DNA of 64,000 nt from an uncultured Nitrososphaerota archaeon (GCA_963799845.1 CAWCYI010000006.1:544001-608000); one strand, 5' to 3'. Shown: positions 9,813 to 20,072, numbered from the stretch's first letter. Numbers and translations are program-made. The notes: a model not told the origin generated them from the sequence alone.

Positions 9813-10536
9813 ATGTCCCTGGGGACATGCGAAATAATTGATATAATTTATGGCTTGCCTTTTCTTCCCTTATCATGTGTTTAGTTCGCTCTACTCCGCA
9901 TTACTTTTGCATCGTCGGATGATTTCGAAATCAATTTGTTCCAGTTGCAGCCATTTTCTTGGAAAATAGTTGAAAACTTGACGGCTATGACTGAATATCT
10001 CACACGACTGCAAGTATCCAGCCAGCCGTGTTATAACTAAGGAGTGCTTTACTCTATACGATTGATGACAAATGGCGACAACAAAAACGATTTTGGCAAC
10101 GTATTCCAAGAAGAGGGTTTCATGTGTGGTAATCACGTGCTACCTGCCCCGACTTGAAGAAAGCGGATTATGCGAGATCATTTTACTTGTATTGCCCGAC
10201 CCATCAACTGATGTATCAAATAGATCTCTCGACTCAGGGTGCGGAATTCATAGCAGAGTTTCCAAGTGGTTGCCGCGCTACAACGTAAGTGACCCACTCT
10301 ATCAGACGTGACGAGCAGGGAAGTTGATCATTCTCTAGATGATTGAATTAAACTTCCATTGCGGGCTTGACAAAATGGCCTAAAGATCACGGAAATAAGT
10401 TCAAAGAGTGTCGTAGAATTGATTCGAAATGCACTTTCGAGCATAGGCGGGAGTTCCTTCAAGAAGTTTCTCAACCAGGCCATATGCATCGACACTCGAA
10501 AATAGCGCGGAATCGACTACGTGAAGAATAAAGTAT

Positions 10537-10566
10537 AGGGAGTGTGGAGAGATGCCACACAACCCT
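10537..10566. terminator. Stem-loop downstream of fasciclin 1
   Basis: AGGG.GTGTGG...CCACAC..CCCT imperfect inverted repeat. Confidence 0.4.
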
Positions 10567-10589
10567 TTTGCCAATCATGTTAGATTGTA

Positions 10590-11066
10590 TTACGCAACCG
10601 GCATTAGTACTCTGTCTATTGGGTAAATTACACCATTGCTGGCTTCGATGTTAGACTTTGTTACTTTTGCATCGTTTACAAACATGCTTTTCTGGATAGT
10701 TCCTTGCGTCTTGAGCGTGACTGAAGATCCTTGCATAGTCTGTACGCTTGGGGTCCTCTTGTCGCCTGTCAAATCGTGGAATTCATTCTCAGTGATCTTG
10801 TGGTCGATTATGTGGTAGGTGACGACGTTCCTCAATTTTGAGGGGTCCTTCATCCATCCGTCCACTGTTCCAGTCGGAAGACTTCTGAATGCATCATCTG
10901 TTGGAGCGAAGACTGTAAATGGTCCCTGACTGTTTAGTGTGTCTGCGAGTGCTGAAACCTCGATCGCCTGAACCAGTGTCTTAAAATCTTCATTTGATTT
11001 TGCTTGGTTTAGGATAGATCGCGACATCTGTTGCTCATTCATTGTGGTTGCTGTTGTGCTTGTCAT
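10590..11066 (-). CDS. Fasciclin (FAS1) domain protein 1
   Basis: Motifs GPFTVFAPTDDAF, YHII and ASNGVIYPIDRVL. Start is placed at the ATG at 11066, downstream of the TATA element. Confidence 0.92.
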   Translation of the reverse strand: MTSTTATTMNEQQMSRSILNQAKSNEDFKTLVQAIEVSALADTLNSQGPFTVFAPTDDAFRSLPTGTVDGWMKDPSKLRNVVTYHIIDHKITENEFHDLTGDKRTPSVQTMQGSSVTLKTQGTIQKSMFVNDAKVTKSNIEASNGVIYPIDRVLMPVA

Positions 11067-11081
11067 TCGAATTTCACAGTA

Positions 11082-11107
11082 TGTAATAGGCATTACGTAC
11101 TATATAC
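11082..11107 (-). promoter_or_regulatory. Promoter block GTATATAGTACGTAATGCCTATTACA
   Basis: Identical 26-bp copy at 24699..24724 (+); 17/20 match at 15549..15568 (+). Confidence 0.75.
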
Positions 11108-11340
11108 GTCTATGTAATCGATGTATCAAAAGAAGTGCAAAGGAACCAGTGGCTTACCTAATTCGGAAAAATGAACTCCTGAATTAAGGTCTGTCAAGTT
11201 CCAATTTTGGGCTTTCTTCGAACTCAAGTTAGGAAAAGACATTGAACAAGGCGGGATCGATCCAGAGATTACTTCTGTTCGTGGATTACTCCCTCAAATT
11301 TATCAATAATCGGCACAGCAAAACTTTCTAGGCAGCTAGC

Positions 11341-12267
11341 ATGAATTTCACAACGCACGTTATGTTCGGAGTACTGTTGGCGGCCGTATTCTTTGGCAAG
11401 CCTGAGATAATCCTCCTAGTAGCGATTGGTTCGGCGATTCCAGACTTGGACAGAGAATACGGTTTTCTAAGCAAGGAAACCTTTCGCAACGCAGAGGTCC
11501 ATCGAGCTCTATTCCATAACTTCTTGTTTCTCGGATTGCTCTGTCTGATCAATCCATTCCTCGCTCTTGGCGCTTTTCTGCACACATTTCTTGATGCTCT
11601 GACGACGGCCAGAGATAGAGGCGTCGAATGGCTTTTTCCGTTTTCGAGGTTTGTCAAAAGAGCTGCATATGATAACGATGGGAATCGCTTGGATCTCGAT
11701 CCCAATGAGAAAATATACTTCCTTCAAAATGAGATACATATCTTGACAAAGAAGACCACAAAGGACTTGAAACCAAGTGGGCCTTTATTGCCGTGGCGCA
11801 GAACTTACGGTCCGGCATTGTCCGGACGGCTGCTTGATCTGGGTATCTTTGTGGGTTCTCTCGGACTTACGCTTTTGCTTCTTCTCTTTTCTGTTCTTGG
11901 TTTTCACCAGTTCATAGATTTGGCAATCCTTCCTTCTGGACCAGCCTTTTACCTTCCACTCTTGCTCGGCGCCGCCGGGATCATAGTGAACTTTGTCGGG
12001 GGAGAGATTGACAGAAAGAAGCTTGCTAAAAACTTCAAACCTGATCATCTTTACAAGTTCTTTTTTTACCTTTCAACCGGAGACATGATACTCGCAGTAG
12101 CCCTCGGGGCAATAATGAATCCCGAAATCGTGATCTCAACGATGAGAATGATCCCATATATTGCAGCTGGTGTTGCCCTTGTCTTTCTCGTCTCTTTCGT
12201 CATATTGAAAATTTATTCCGCAAAGCCTCTGCCACTGGACGAGACGAAGGAACCGACAATAATTTGA
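11341..12267 (+). CDS. Membrane-bound metal-dependent hydrolase (YdjM/DUF457-like)
   Basis: Motifs TH, IPDLD, HRALFH and HTFLD..T..GVEWLFPF; multiple TM segments. Confidence 0.85.
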   Translation: MNFTTHVMFGVLLAAVFFGKPEIILLVAIGSAIPDLDREYGFLSKETFRNAEVHRALFHNFLFLGLLCLINPFLALGAFLHTFLDALTTARDRGVEWLFPFSRFVKRAAYDNDGNRLDLDPNEKIYFLQNEIHILTKKTTKDLKPSGPLLPWRRTYGPALSGRLLDLGIFVGSLGLTLLLLLFSVLGFHQFIDLAILPSGPAFYLPLLLGAAGIIVNFVGGEIDRKKLAKNFKPDHLYKFFFYLSTGDMILAVALGAIMNPEIVISTMRMIPYIAAGVALVFLVSFVILKIYSAKPLPLDETKEPTII

Positions 12268-12556
12268 TGTAATAAGCAAATTGAACGTCAACAAGAAGCC
12301 TCGTCCCAGATAGTGTCAAAACCAAAACTGAAAGCACATTGTATTCAAACACGGTGATACCCGGTTCACTTTAGACATGAATGGTCAAAATTGCCAGCTA
12401 GAATGAACATCATAGTTTTATGAAGAATTAGCTGGAAGTGGGGTAATTCTTTTTGAATATGCGGATCGGATGGCTGGAGCCAATGTTGAGAACGTCGACC
12501 TTCTGTCTCGCTGCCGTTGACAGGAGAGCAAGACCAAGGATAAGCGGGGCCTCCCA

Positions 12557-12934
12557 ATGTTTCTAGAAGTCGTTAAACTGGTAGTGAATACCATCCTTAA
12601 TGGTGGAGTAAAAGACTCTAATGTTTCAGACCTATCCCTAGAAGTCAAAGAAAAAATGGGTACATATACCCTCGGCATTGGCTCAACGATAGTCCTAGAA
12701 TCCAAAAAGGTGCTAACGCCAAAAGAAAAAAGAAGAAAAAACCTGATCATATCGTTAATAATATCATTGATTTTCATGATTGGGCTCTCTACCATTGGTG
12801 CTTGGCTCCCGGACGCTCAGGCTGGTCTAGGGAGAACATTGATTTTACTGAGTGAAATACCAGCGTTTGCGTACAGTCTTATAAGCACGAGATTCTTGAT
12901 GAAAAAAGCATCGCGCCGTAAAGCTACCAACTGA
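12557..12934 (+). CDS. Hypothetical membrane protein A1 (beta-hairpin module + 2 TM)
   Basis: Clear paralog of 14863..15216 (LSLE.KE, NLII, LPDA, GRTL..LSE.P, ISTR). Confidence 0.75.
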   Translation: MFLEVVKLVVNTILNGGVKDSNVSDLSLEVKEKMGTYTLGIGSTIVLESKKVLTPKEKRRKNLIISLIISLIFMIGLSTIGAWLPDAQAGLGRTLILLSEIPAFAYSLISTRFLMKKASRRKATN

Positions 12935-13044
12935 CGCTATCCAAACTTCACCTCAAAGAAAATCCTTTGCAGTAAGCGTAGAGAGATTGGACTGATGCGA
13001 GGATCGATATCGGGCACGGAAATTGTTCCCTTGATTCGATCGGT

Positions 13045-13527
13045 CTATTTGCCCGTTGCCGGAAAAGATGCAAAGTAATTTGAAGAGCTTTTCCGTCCGA
13101 TTGTCTCTATCACTTCGGTCCAGACCACGTCTCTCACGCCTCTCATGGCCTTCACATCTTCAAGCAGATTGAGCAAAACGCCGTTATCCTTTACGAAGAC
13201 TTCGACACGCAAATCGATTGTGTGTTCTCCGATTGTTCTTGCCGCGTACACTACCTCGTCACGCTTCAAAAGCTCCTTTCCGAGCTCAATTGTAGCGCCC
13301 CCTGTGGTATATATGAGAAGATCCACTCTCCTATATCCGAACTTCATCGGATCAAGCGCGTAAGTTTTTATGAGATAGTCAGACTCAAGTCTTTTCCGCG
13401 CTCTCTGAACAGTGCTCAAGGGGACTCCGAGTTCCAGAGAGATTTCATGCGTTGGCATTTTTCCTTCAGAGCCAAGCAGGAGCCGTAGAATCTTGCCATC
13501 TGTTTCTGAGAATTGCGAAATCATCAT
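13045..13527 (-). CDS. Lrp/AsnC family transcriptional regulator 1
   Basis: HTH EISLELGVPLSTVQRARKRLE plus RAM domain; paralog of the ORFs at 16446 and 23784. Confidence 0.9.
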   Translation of the reverse strand: MMISQFSETDGKILRLLLGSEGKMPTHEISLELGVPLSTVQRARKRLESDYLIKTYALDPMKFGYRRVDLLIYTTGGATIELGKELLKRDEVVYAARTIGEHTIDLRVEVFVKDNGVLLNLLEDVKAMRGVRDVVWTEVIETIGRKSSSNYFASFPATGK

Positions 13528-14048
13528 GAATTCTTACCTCTTTCAAACATCTAATGCCAACGGCTCAAAATTGTCATTGAAAGTGCGTTGCATCTATTGC
13601 ACTGCACAGTAAATTGAATTCCAGCGCCCATCTCCTTGAGTTCCTTAACGTTCCACTCGTGTGAGAGATAGTGATCAGCCAAGGCTTTAGGATTCTGTTG
13701 CACTTCCATCTGGACCTCTGAAAGCTTTGGAATCGAACATTGCGTTATTTTTCCGGAATTGTGATACTCTGGCGTTATCAATTTTTAGACTATCTTGATA
13801 GCAGCACGGCTTGAATGAAAGCTAGGAGTTCAATAATCGTCCGAAAAAAGAGATAATCCGCATAAATTGAATCCTAGATGAATAGAAATAGGATTAAGTC
13901 TCGGTCTATTTGGGCAATTTGTTCATTTCAATGATTCGTTTTGGCAATAGACTAATCTTCCTCTCTCGAACGGAGTTTTCCCCTGCTCCTGGTAGGGACT
14001 TACTAAACTTGCCAGAACCTAAGATAAGAAATGGATGCCATTCATATG

Positions 14049-14354
14049 TTACTGGTTTGCTTGAACTTGTGAAGAAGTTTCTAGAGTTCCAACAAGCGTC
14101 ATCAAGTCCTCTTTGCTAGTCTTTAACGCGACTTTGTCTCCTATTCCCTGCACGTGCGTCACATCAATTGGAATATGCGTACTGCGGAAGACTTTCCTCA
14201 TCTCGAACTCTTTAGCCACGTCTCCATCAAGCTGGACATCCAAAGATCCAATCTTCCAAGTCTTTTCATCGAACATTACGTTCTTTACTGTCCCTATCAC
14301 CCAGCCATTTAGTCCAATCACTTCTTTGTCCATCAAGTCAAGTATGTTCATCAT
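14049..14354 (-). CDS. PRC-barrel domain protein 2
   Basis: DLMDKEVIGLNG..IGTVKNVMFDEKTWKI..L..IP...VQGIGD.V pattern. Confidence 0.88.
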   Translation of the reverse strand: MMNILDLMDKEVIGLNGWVIGTVKNVMFDEKTWKIGSLDVQLDGDVAKEFEMRKVFRSTHIPIDVTHVQGIGDKVALKTSKEDLMTLVGTLETSSQVQANQ

Positions 14355-14486
14355 TTACCAAGCTCAGCCCTCAGTTGATCCTCGCTATCGGATAAGGCTT
14401 ACTCTCTTCCAATTTGTTCAGGACAAGTCTAGAACTGCTAACAAGCTAAAACGGATCTCCGGATGTCTTCTTGTCGGAGTGATCTG

Positions 14487-14771
14487 TCAAGAGACTTCCG
14501 AGGCTGCGAGCAGACCCATTAATTCTTCCTTGCTAACCTTCAGCGTAACCTTGTCTCCGATTCCTTGCACAATATTCACGTCTAATGGAATACGATAATT
14601 TCGAAAGACCTTCTTCATTTCAAATTCCCTTGCCACATTTTCATCAAGCTGGACATCAAGTGATCCAACTTCCCATGCTTTTTCATCAAACATTACATTC
14701 TTGATGGTCCCGATCAACGAACCATTCAATTCAACAATTTCTTTGCCCAACAAATCCATCATGTCCATCAT
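14487..14771 (-). CDS. PRC-barrel domain protein 1
   Basis: Tandem paralog of 14049..14354; both are preceded by AAGCCTTATC. Confidence 0.88.
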   Translation of the reverse strand: MMDMMDLLGKEIVELNGSLIGTIKNVMFDEKAWEVGSLDVQLDENVAREFEMKKVFRNYRIPLDVNIVQGIGDKVTLKVSKEELMGLLAASEVS

Positions 14772-14862
14772 TTAGGAACTCACTTTGCGTTGAAACTTGC
14801 CGTCCGATAAGGCTTTGGAATGGGAGTCATTCGAGTGATGCGACGTCATCCAAATTAAGGGA

Positions 14863-15216
14863 TCAAGAAATGTTTCTAATTATGTACCGCGTGCTGATGA
14901 TGTTGACTAAAATCGCTGGGAATTCGCTCAAATAGACAAGCGTTCGACCAAAAACTGCATCTGGAAGTAAGGTTCCAACCACGGCCAGCGCAACCCAAAT
15001 GGACAGAGAGATGAAAAATACTATAATCAAATTCCTACTTCCCGTATATCTACGTACTAGTTCCCCTTTTGTTGCAACAAGCACTGTCGAGTTAATATCG
15101 AGAACGTACTTTCCATCGGTCTCCTTGAGTTCGAGAGACAAATTTGTAATCTCAGAGTCTGTAATTATGAGATGAAGCCAGAAGTTCAAAACCATTTTTG
15201 AGAGCCTTGCGAACAA
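14863..15216 (-). CDS. Hypothetical membrane protein A2 (beta-hairpin module + 2 TM)
   Basis: Paralog of 12557..12934. Confidence 0.75.
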   Translation of the reverse strand: MFARLSKMVLNFWLHLIITDSEITNLSLELKETDGKYVLDINSTVLVATKGELVRRYTGSRNLIIVFFISLSIWVALAVVGTLLPDAVFGRTLVYLSEFPAILVNIISTRYIIRNIS

Positions 15217-15586
15217 ATGACCATTACCTAGATGTTCATTGCATTTTCCTTATGTCACAGATTACTAAAACTAGGCTGGTGGACGTTTTTCAAATCCTCG
15301 AGGGCCTCATGATTGACGGTCGATTCTGGCAATGCTGAAATCATTCTCCCAACTAATTCTTGATTCACGGTAGAACTACTTAATGCCATCGGCGAATACG
15401 TGCGCATGTAGCAGTTTTGAGTGGCAAGACACTGCTTAATGTGAACGATCTAGTCAAATATTATACCCCCAATGAGCCGTGATCTCACAAATCATTAGAG
15501 AGTCTTCGCAATTGAGCATTCTTGGGCTTCTCGAATGATACTACGCCAATATAGTACCTAGTGCCCATAAGAGGTGGTCTTATTTT

Positions 15587-15838
15587 ATGACAACAACAAC
15601 GCAAAAAGCAACGGAAACTATGGAGAACGTCGGCAAAAGTGTTCACCATCAGACGGAGAAACTAAACGATTCTTTGGACACTGTGAGAAAACAATTAGTT
15701 ACTTATGGGGACGAGATTCAAGAGTACCTAGGGAAAGTCGACGCTAAAGTCGATGCGTGGAAGTTTTCCATCGAGAAGCAAAATGAAGGACTTATCGTGG
15801 ACATCGCGTTCCGTGCGACGATACATCCGAAAAGGTAG
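15587..15838 (+). CDS. Hypothetical small protein B1 (amphipathic helix + beta-hairpin)
   Basis: SD GAGGTGG upstream; paralog of 20429..20710 (Q.YL.KVDAK.D..KF..EK..EGL.VD..FRAT.HPK). Confidence 0.8.
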   Translation: MTTTTQKATETMENVGKSVHHQTEKLNDSLDTVRKQLVTYGDEIQEYLGKVDAKVDAWKFSIEKQNEGLIVDIAFRATIHPKR

Positions 15839-15888
15839 ACTGAATCATTTGCTGGGATTAACGGATAAACAAGAGAAGATAGAGTAGC

Positions 15889-16011
15889 ATGATATTCTCA
15901 TTAAGAAAGAAAAATAACAAGAGCGGGATCGGAACTCTAGGCGTCATAGTAGTTGTGGTGCTTGTAATAATCGTTCTCGCATGGTTCGGGTTCGGCGGAC
16001 TGCATCTCTAA
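15889..16011 (+). CDS. 40-aa pilin-like/class III signal-like membrane micropeptide 1 (not in ORF track)
   Basis: MIFSLRKKNNKSGIGTLGVIVVVVLVIIVLAWFGFGGLHL. Same length and pattern as the paralog at 21417..21539; followed by a T-tract and a C(UUCG)G hairpin. Confidence 0.8.
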   Translation: MIFSLRKKNNKSGIGTLGVIVVVVLVIIVLAWFGFGGLHL

Positions 16012-16445
16012 ACCTTAGAGACGCTCTCTTTTTTTGCACCACCTTCGGTGGGCCTTGTGCGCGCTGACGCAAGGCGTATGTGATCCTAACGAGATTTAGA
16101 AGCTACCTCTAGTGACAACTTTTTTTCTTGGAGAATAATAATCAGAAAGACGTCAATCTAAAATCCGTTCAACTTTGACCTAACAAGTAGCGGAAAGCAC
16201 TGAATCTCAAATTTTCTCGAATAAACCTGAGAATCCTCCAATTTCATATTCTTGTCTACCAGGCGAAATCTGCGAATTTACTTCCAACGGGAGAATATCG
16301 AGATTTCATAATCTTCCGATGTCTGGTGGTTAGCTGGTTCTCATTAGTCCGAATTCCTTTCGCTCGGATCACGCTCTCAAATTTGATAATCGTATCTTGG
16401 CTTTAAGAGAGGCCTTGGTCCATAGTTCTCGTTGAGTGATTAAGC

Positions 16446-17114
16446 ATGATATTCAACGGGCTTGAACAAATGACTAAGCATTTGCAGCTTTCCGAAGAAG
16501 ACAGGAAAATGTTAAAGCTTCTAGTTGATTCCGGGGGAAAAATATCATCGTTCGAAATATCTCAACAATTTGGAGTCTCATTGAGCACTGTTCAGCGGAG
16601 GCGGAAGAAACTCGAAGATACTTATTTCATAAGAACTTACTCGCTGGACCCCGTGAAGCTCGGATATCGAAGGATCGAGCTTCTGATATACACAGTAGGT
16701 GGCACTACGATCGATATCGGAATGGAACTTCTGAAGCGTGAAGAGGTGACTTCCGTATTCAGAACTTTGGGAGAGCATGCGATTGACCTACGCGTTGAAG
16801 TCTTCGTGAAGGATAATGCAGCTTTGCTCGATCTTCTTGACCAGGTAAGAGCTATGAAAGGAGTCAAGGATGTAATCTGGACTGAAATTTTCGAGCCCAT
16901 GGATATGACGAGTGCTACAAATCGTGTCTCCAGGGGGAATGAGGTAGAACCACGGCCTGCCAACCTAGCTAAGAGCGAATTGAAAACGTATGAGAGATAT
17001 GCGTCTATCGCCCTTCCTGAAATCCCTGCCCACTCGAACTTTGCACTAGATCTTCCTGAACGATCCACTGAGGAATTGAAAATTCTGGAAAGAATTAATG
17101 TAATCGGGCAATGA
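16446..17114 (+). CDS. Lrp/AsnC family transcriptional regulator 2 with C-terminal extension
   Basis: Paralog of 13045 and 23784 (LSTVQRRRKKLE, GEHAIDLRVEVFVKDN) with an extra tail of about 55 aa. Confidence 0.88.
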   Translation: MIFNGLEQMTKHLQLSEEDRKMLKLLVDSGGKISSFEISQQFGVSLSTVQRRRKKLEDTYFIRTYSLDPVKLGYRRIELLIYTVGGTTIDIGMELLKREEVTSVFRTLGEHAIDLRVEVFVKDNAALLDLLDQVRAMKGVKDVIWTEIFEPMDMTSATNRVSRGNEVEPRPANLAKSELKTYERYASIALPEIPAHSNFALDLPERSTEELKILERINVIGQ

Positions 17115-17352
17115 ATTTTTTTGAATAGATATCTGAGAAAATAAAAGTTGGCCGGAGGGCATCAAAAACAACGGACGGGAAGAGGATTTCTCATTTCATG
17201 GATTTTCAGAAGAAAGTGATCTGGGAACTAGCGCTGGAAATGCCTCGGTTCGACTCAGGTCAGTCAAGTTGATCGCAAAAGGAATCTTACTGTCACTTTC
17301 TAGTCATATCAAACGATGGTCGGTGATTGTTTCGTCAGTTTTTAGCCATTAT

Positions 17353-17372
17353 TTGAACAGTTCATTATTATA
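17353..17372 (+). promoter_or_regulatory. TTGAAC-N7-TATA promoter motif (fasciclin 2)
   Basis: TTGAAC agttcat TATTATA; same spacing at 20375, 21581-21600 (-) and 23548-23567 (-). Confidence 0.6.
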
Positions 17373-17413
17373 GATCCTACGCGGTCTGATCAACACAGGT
17401 AATGTGAAAATTT

Positions 17414-18025
17414 ATGGCAACAATAAATCAGCAGATGTCAGATATACTAGATACAGCAAAGTCAATTGGTGACTTCAAAATGCTTATGCGAGTAGTAGAG
17501 GGAGCAGGTCTTGCAGACACTCTAAAGAGTCAGGGCCCTTTCACAGTGTTCGCTCCTACAGACGAAGCATTCAGGAATCTTCCAACTGGAGAATTGGATG
17601 AATGGTTGAGAGATCCTTCAAAGTTGAGGAGCATAGTCACCTATCACATCGTTGATCGCAAGATCGATGAGAATGAATTTCACAGGTTGACTGCAGATAG
17701 GAGAACCCCAAGTGTAATGACGATGCAAGGATCATCAGTCGTGATCAAGACCCATGGGACCCTATCAAAAACAATGTTCGTAAACGATGCGAAAGTAATC
17801 AAGTCTGACATTCTAACCACTAATGGTGTAATTTACATCATTGACAGAGTACTCGAGCCTGCGCCTGCAGCTCAAGCGCCTATGACCGCAGCTCCACAAA
17901 CAAAGAGTGAAGCCACGGCTCCGACTCCAGAAACCGCCACTCCGGCTCCTCAAACCACAACTCGAAACGAGTCGACGACAACTACTACGACTACAACAAC
18001 GAATCCTCCAAATCCGACCTCCTGA
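17414..18025 (+). CDS. Fasciclin (FAS1) domain protein 2 with Thr/Pro-rich tail
   Basis: Motifs GPFTVFAPTDEAF and TTNGVIYIIDRVL; paralog of 10590..11066. Confidence 0.92.
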   Translation: MATINQQMSDILDTAKSIGDFKMLMRVVEGAGLADTLKSQGPFTVFAPTDEAFRNLPTGELDEWLRDPSKLRSIVTYHIVDRKIDENEFHRLTADRRTPSVMTMQGSSVVIKTHGTLSKTMFVNDAKVIKSDILTTNGVIYIIDRVLEPAPAAQAPMTAAPQTKSEATAPTPETATPAPQTTTRNESTTTTTTTTTNPPNPTS

Positions 18026-18041
18026 TTTAACTCATGAGCGC

Positions 18042-18083
18042 GGCCTCAAAGGAGTGTATTTGCACTCCTTTGGACTAGAGGCC
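18042..18083. terminator. Strong stem-loop between convergent fasciclin 2 and csbD-like genes
   Basis: CAAAGGAGTG (18047-56) pairs with CACTCCTTTG (18063-72); outer GGCCT/AGGCC pair. Confidence 0.55.
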
Positions 18084-18395
18084 CAACATCACTTCACTCC
18101 TGAGATACAACTTCTGTCTGCTGGGACCCAGAATTGACGCCTGAAAAACCAAGTTCACTTTTGCAATCGTGGAAATATCAGAAAAAAGAGGGGAGGTACT
18201 TCAAACAAATACCTCCGATGGAAATCAAGTACTTTAGCCTTAGATTCTCTTTCTAGCCTTCCCGACCTCTTTCTGCACCCTACCCCTGACTTGCTCCATC
18301 TTTCCTTTTACTTGTTGGCTCTTGTTATTCGTAATTTTTCCAACCGCTTCGCGGGCCTTTCCCTTAGTATTCTCTCTTTCGCCTTCTCTGATTTG

Positions 18396-19433
18396 TCTCT
18401 TTTCCGACAATTATTTCGCAAGCTGGTAAACAGGAGTAGACTGGGAGAGTTTTGGAAGAGCGTAACAAAGCGTTACGAGAAACATGTGCCCGCGAAGTCT
18501 TGATAGCGACAAGATCAGTTACCTCTTCAGAGCTAGAGAAAGGGGCGAGACCTGCGCAAACATTGCTCTCCAGCTCGGGGTGTCAAAGAGGAGGGTTGAG
18601 CAGATACTTGCCCAGCATAGGAAAGGTGGGGGTGTGCCTCTCCTCCTCAAGAAACCAGGAAGGAAAAGCATTCCAATTACCGACGAGGAAACTTCACTCG
18701 TCATTGATGCTTATCAGAGATATAGGGCAAACGCCCTCTACCTTGAACGAAAGATCGAGTGCGATAGCAAGATTCACATCAACCACAACAGGATACACAG
18801 GGTGCTCCTGATGAACTCCTTTGCGTCAAACTCTAGGAAGAAGTGGATAAGGAGGAAGTGGGTCAGATACGAGAGGGAGCACTCGAATTCATTATGGCAT
18901 ACGGACTGGCACGAGGTAAAGGATCCGAGGTGGAAGGGCAAGTGGCTCACCTGCTATGAGGATGATGCTTCTCGTCTCATTACCGGATTTGGGGTCCATG
19001 AAACGCTGACCTCGGAGTACTCTGTTTCCTGTCTTGAGAGCGCCATGAAGGAACACGGCAAACCTGCATCGATCCTATCCGACCACGGAACCACATTTTA
19101 CACGATGGAATCTGAGAGGAGGGAGAAGGGGATGACAGAATTCGAGAGGTGTCTCTTGAAGCACAAGATAAGATTCATCCTCGGAAGAGTCAACCACCCC
19201 CAGACGAACGGCAAGATCGAGAAGTTCTTCGACATATTCGAGAGTAAGATCAAGTGGTTCTCCTCGATAGATGAGTTCATGAAGTGGTACAATGAAGTGA
19301 GGCCTCATGGAGCCCTTGACCTCAAGACGCCAACCCAGGCTTACTACGAGAAGATGCCGCAGTTAGATGCTCTTGAATATCCTTTGTCTATGGAGGTCTC
19401 CTGACAGATGCGAAATGATTTCTGGAAAAAACA
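18396..19433 (+). mobile_element. IS481-family insertion sequence, copy 1 (1038 bp, 14-bp TSD CCTTCTCTGATTTG)
   Basis: Imperfect IRs TCTCTTTTCCGACAATTATTTCGCA / TGCGAAATGATTTCTGGAAAAAACA; TSD at 18382-18395 and 19434-19447. Confidence 0.93.
18484..19404 (+). CDS. IS481-family DDE transposase
   Basis: Motifs WHTD, DDASR, SDHG, HPQTNGKIE and YNEVRPH. Confidence 0.93.
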   Translation: MCPRSLDSDKISYLFRARERGETCANIALQLGVSKRRVEQILAQHRKGGGVPLLLKKPGRKSIPITDEETSLVIDAYQRYRANALYLERKIECDSKIHINHNRIHRVLLMNSFASNSRKKWIRRKWVRYEREHSNSLWHTDWHEVKDPRWKGKWLTCYEDDASRLITGFGVHETLTSEYSVSCLESAMKEHGKPASILSDHGTTFYTMESERREKGMTEFERCLLKHKIRFILGRVNHPQTNGKIEKFFDIFESKIKWFSSIDEFMKWYNEVRPHGALDLKTPTQAYYEKMPQLDALEYPLSMEVS

Positions 19434-19655
19434 CCTTCTCTGATTTGTTTAGACATTATGGAATCATTGAGAGTTCAGCGCAAGTGAGTATTAATGGGAT
19501 TTCGCCAGCATTGTGATTCAAATGCGCTTTCTTAGTCATTCTGGAGACGCTTAATGACCTTTGCTTCAAGCTTTAGGGCATTTGCTGGGCGATTCGTTAT
19601 CATAGCACGAGAGCAGTTTACACACCAAGGAAATGAAAGAGAAAGGTAAATTGAC

Positions 19656-20072
19656 ATGAGCACAGCCCCAGAAGATCTAAAGAACATACTTGGACCAAAC
19701 GAGCAGGTACAGATCTATATCAAGCAGAAATTTTATCATCCAAAGATCAATATCGACTCGGTCGTCATAACAAACGAAAGAATAATTCTGAGACATCCCC
19801 ATGCCCTCACACTGAAAAAAGATTATACTGATTTCAATTATCAAGATATTTCAAACGTCGTGTTGAACAAGGGAATCATTAGATCAACTGTAAATTGCAC
19901 ACTTCGATTCGGCGGAGATGCGTTATCGCTAGCTTCCTTGCGCAATTCGGAGGCAGAGAAGGCCTATGGTTTAATCAGAGAGAATCTCGTCCGATACCAG
20001 TCGCCACTCACTGCACGATCAGAGGGAGTCCCTTCTCTCCAGGCCGTGCCAGGAACAACTCCCCGAACGTGA
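19656..20072 (+). CDS. Bacterial-type PH domain protein
   Basis: ILGPNEQV...VVITNERII...DFNYQDISNV pattern. Confidence 0.8.
   Translation: MSTAPEDLKNILGPNEQVQIYIKQKFYHPKINIDSVVITNERIILRHPHALTLKKDYTDFNYQDISNVVLNKGIIRSTVNCTLRFGGDALSLASLRNSEAEKAYGLIRENLVRYQSPLTARSEGVPSLQAVPGTTPRT

Larger units (their letters stand above)
18240..19456 (-). pseudogene. csbD: CsbD-family general stress protein disrupted by IS481
   Basis: Removing the IS and one TSD restores a 165-nt ORF: MSKQIREGERENTKGKAREAVGKITNNKSQQVKGKMEQVRGRVQKEVGKARKRI, the canonical CsbD pattern. Confidence 0.85.

Noticed and set aside
9830-10580. Short ORFs in this AT-rich gap, and other overlapping antisense ORFs throughout the track
   Set aside because: No recognisable motifs, or they overlap well-supported genes on the opposite strand.
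12278-12287. Extra AAATTGAACG copy
   Set aside because: Not followed by a TATA element at the conserved spacing.
17240-17262. GCCTCGGTTCGACTC as a tRNA fragment or att site
   Set aside because: Only a short match to the tRNA 5' end and a T-loop-like motif; no cloverleaf.
10590-18025. Single large inverted duplication centred on the PRC pair
   Set aside because: The paralog pairs are in opposite orientation, but the gene order is not a clean mirror and the DNA is diverged; separate duplications are more likely.
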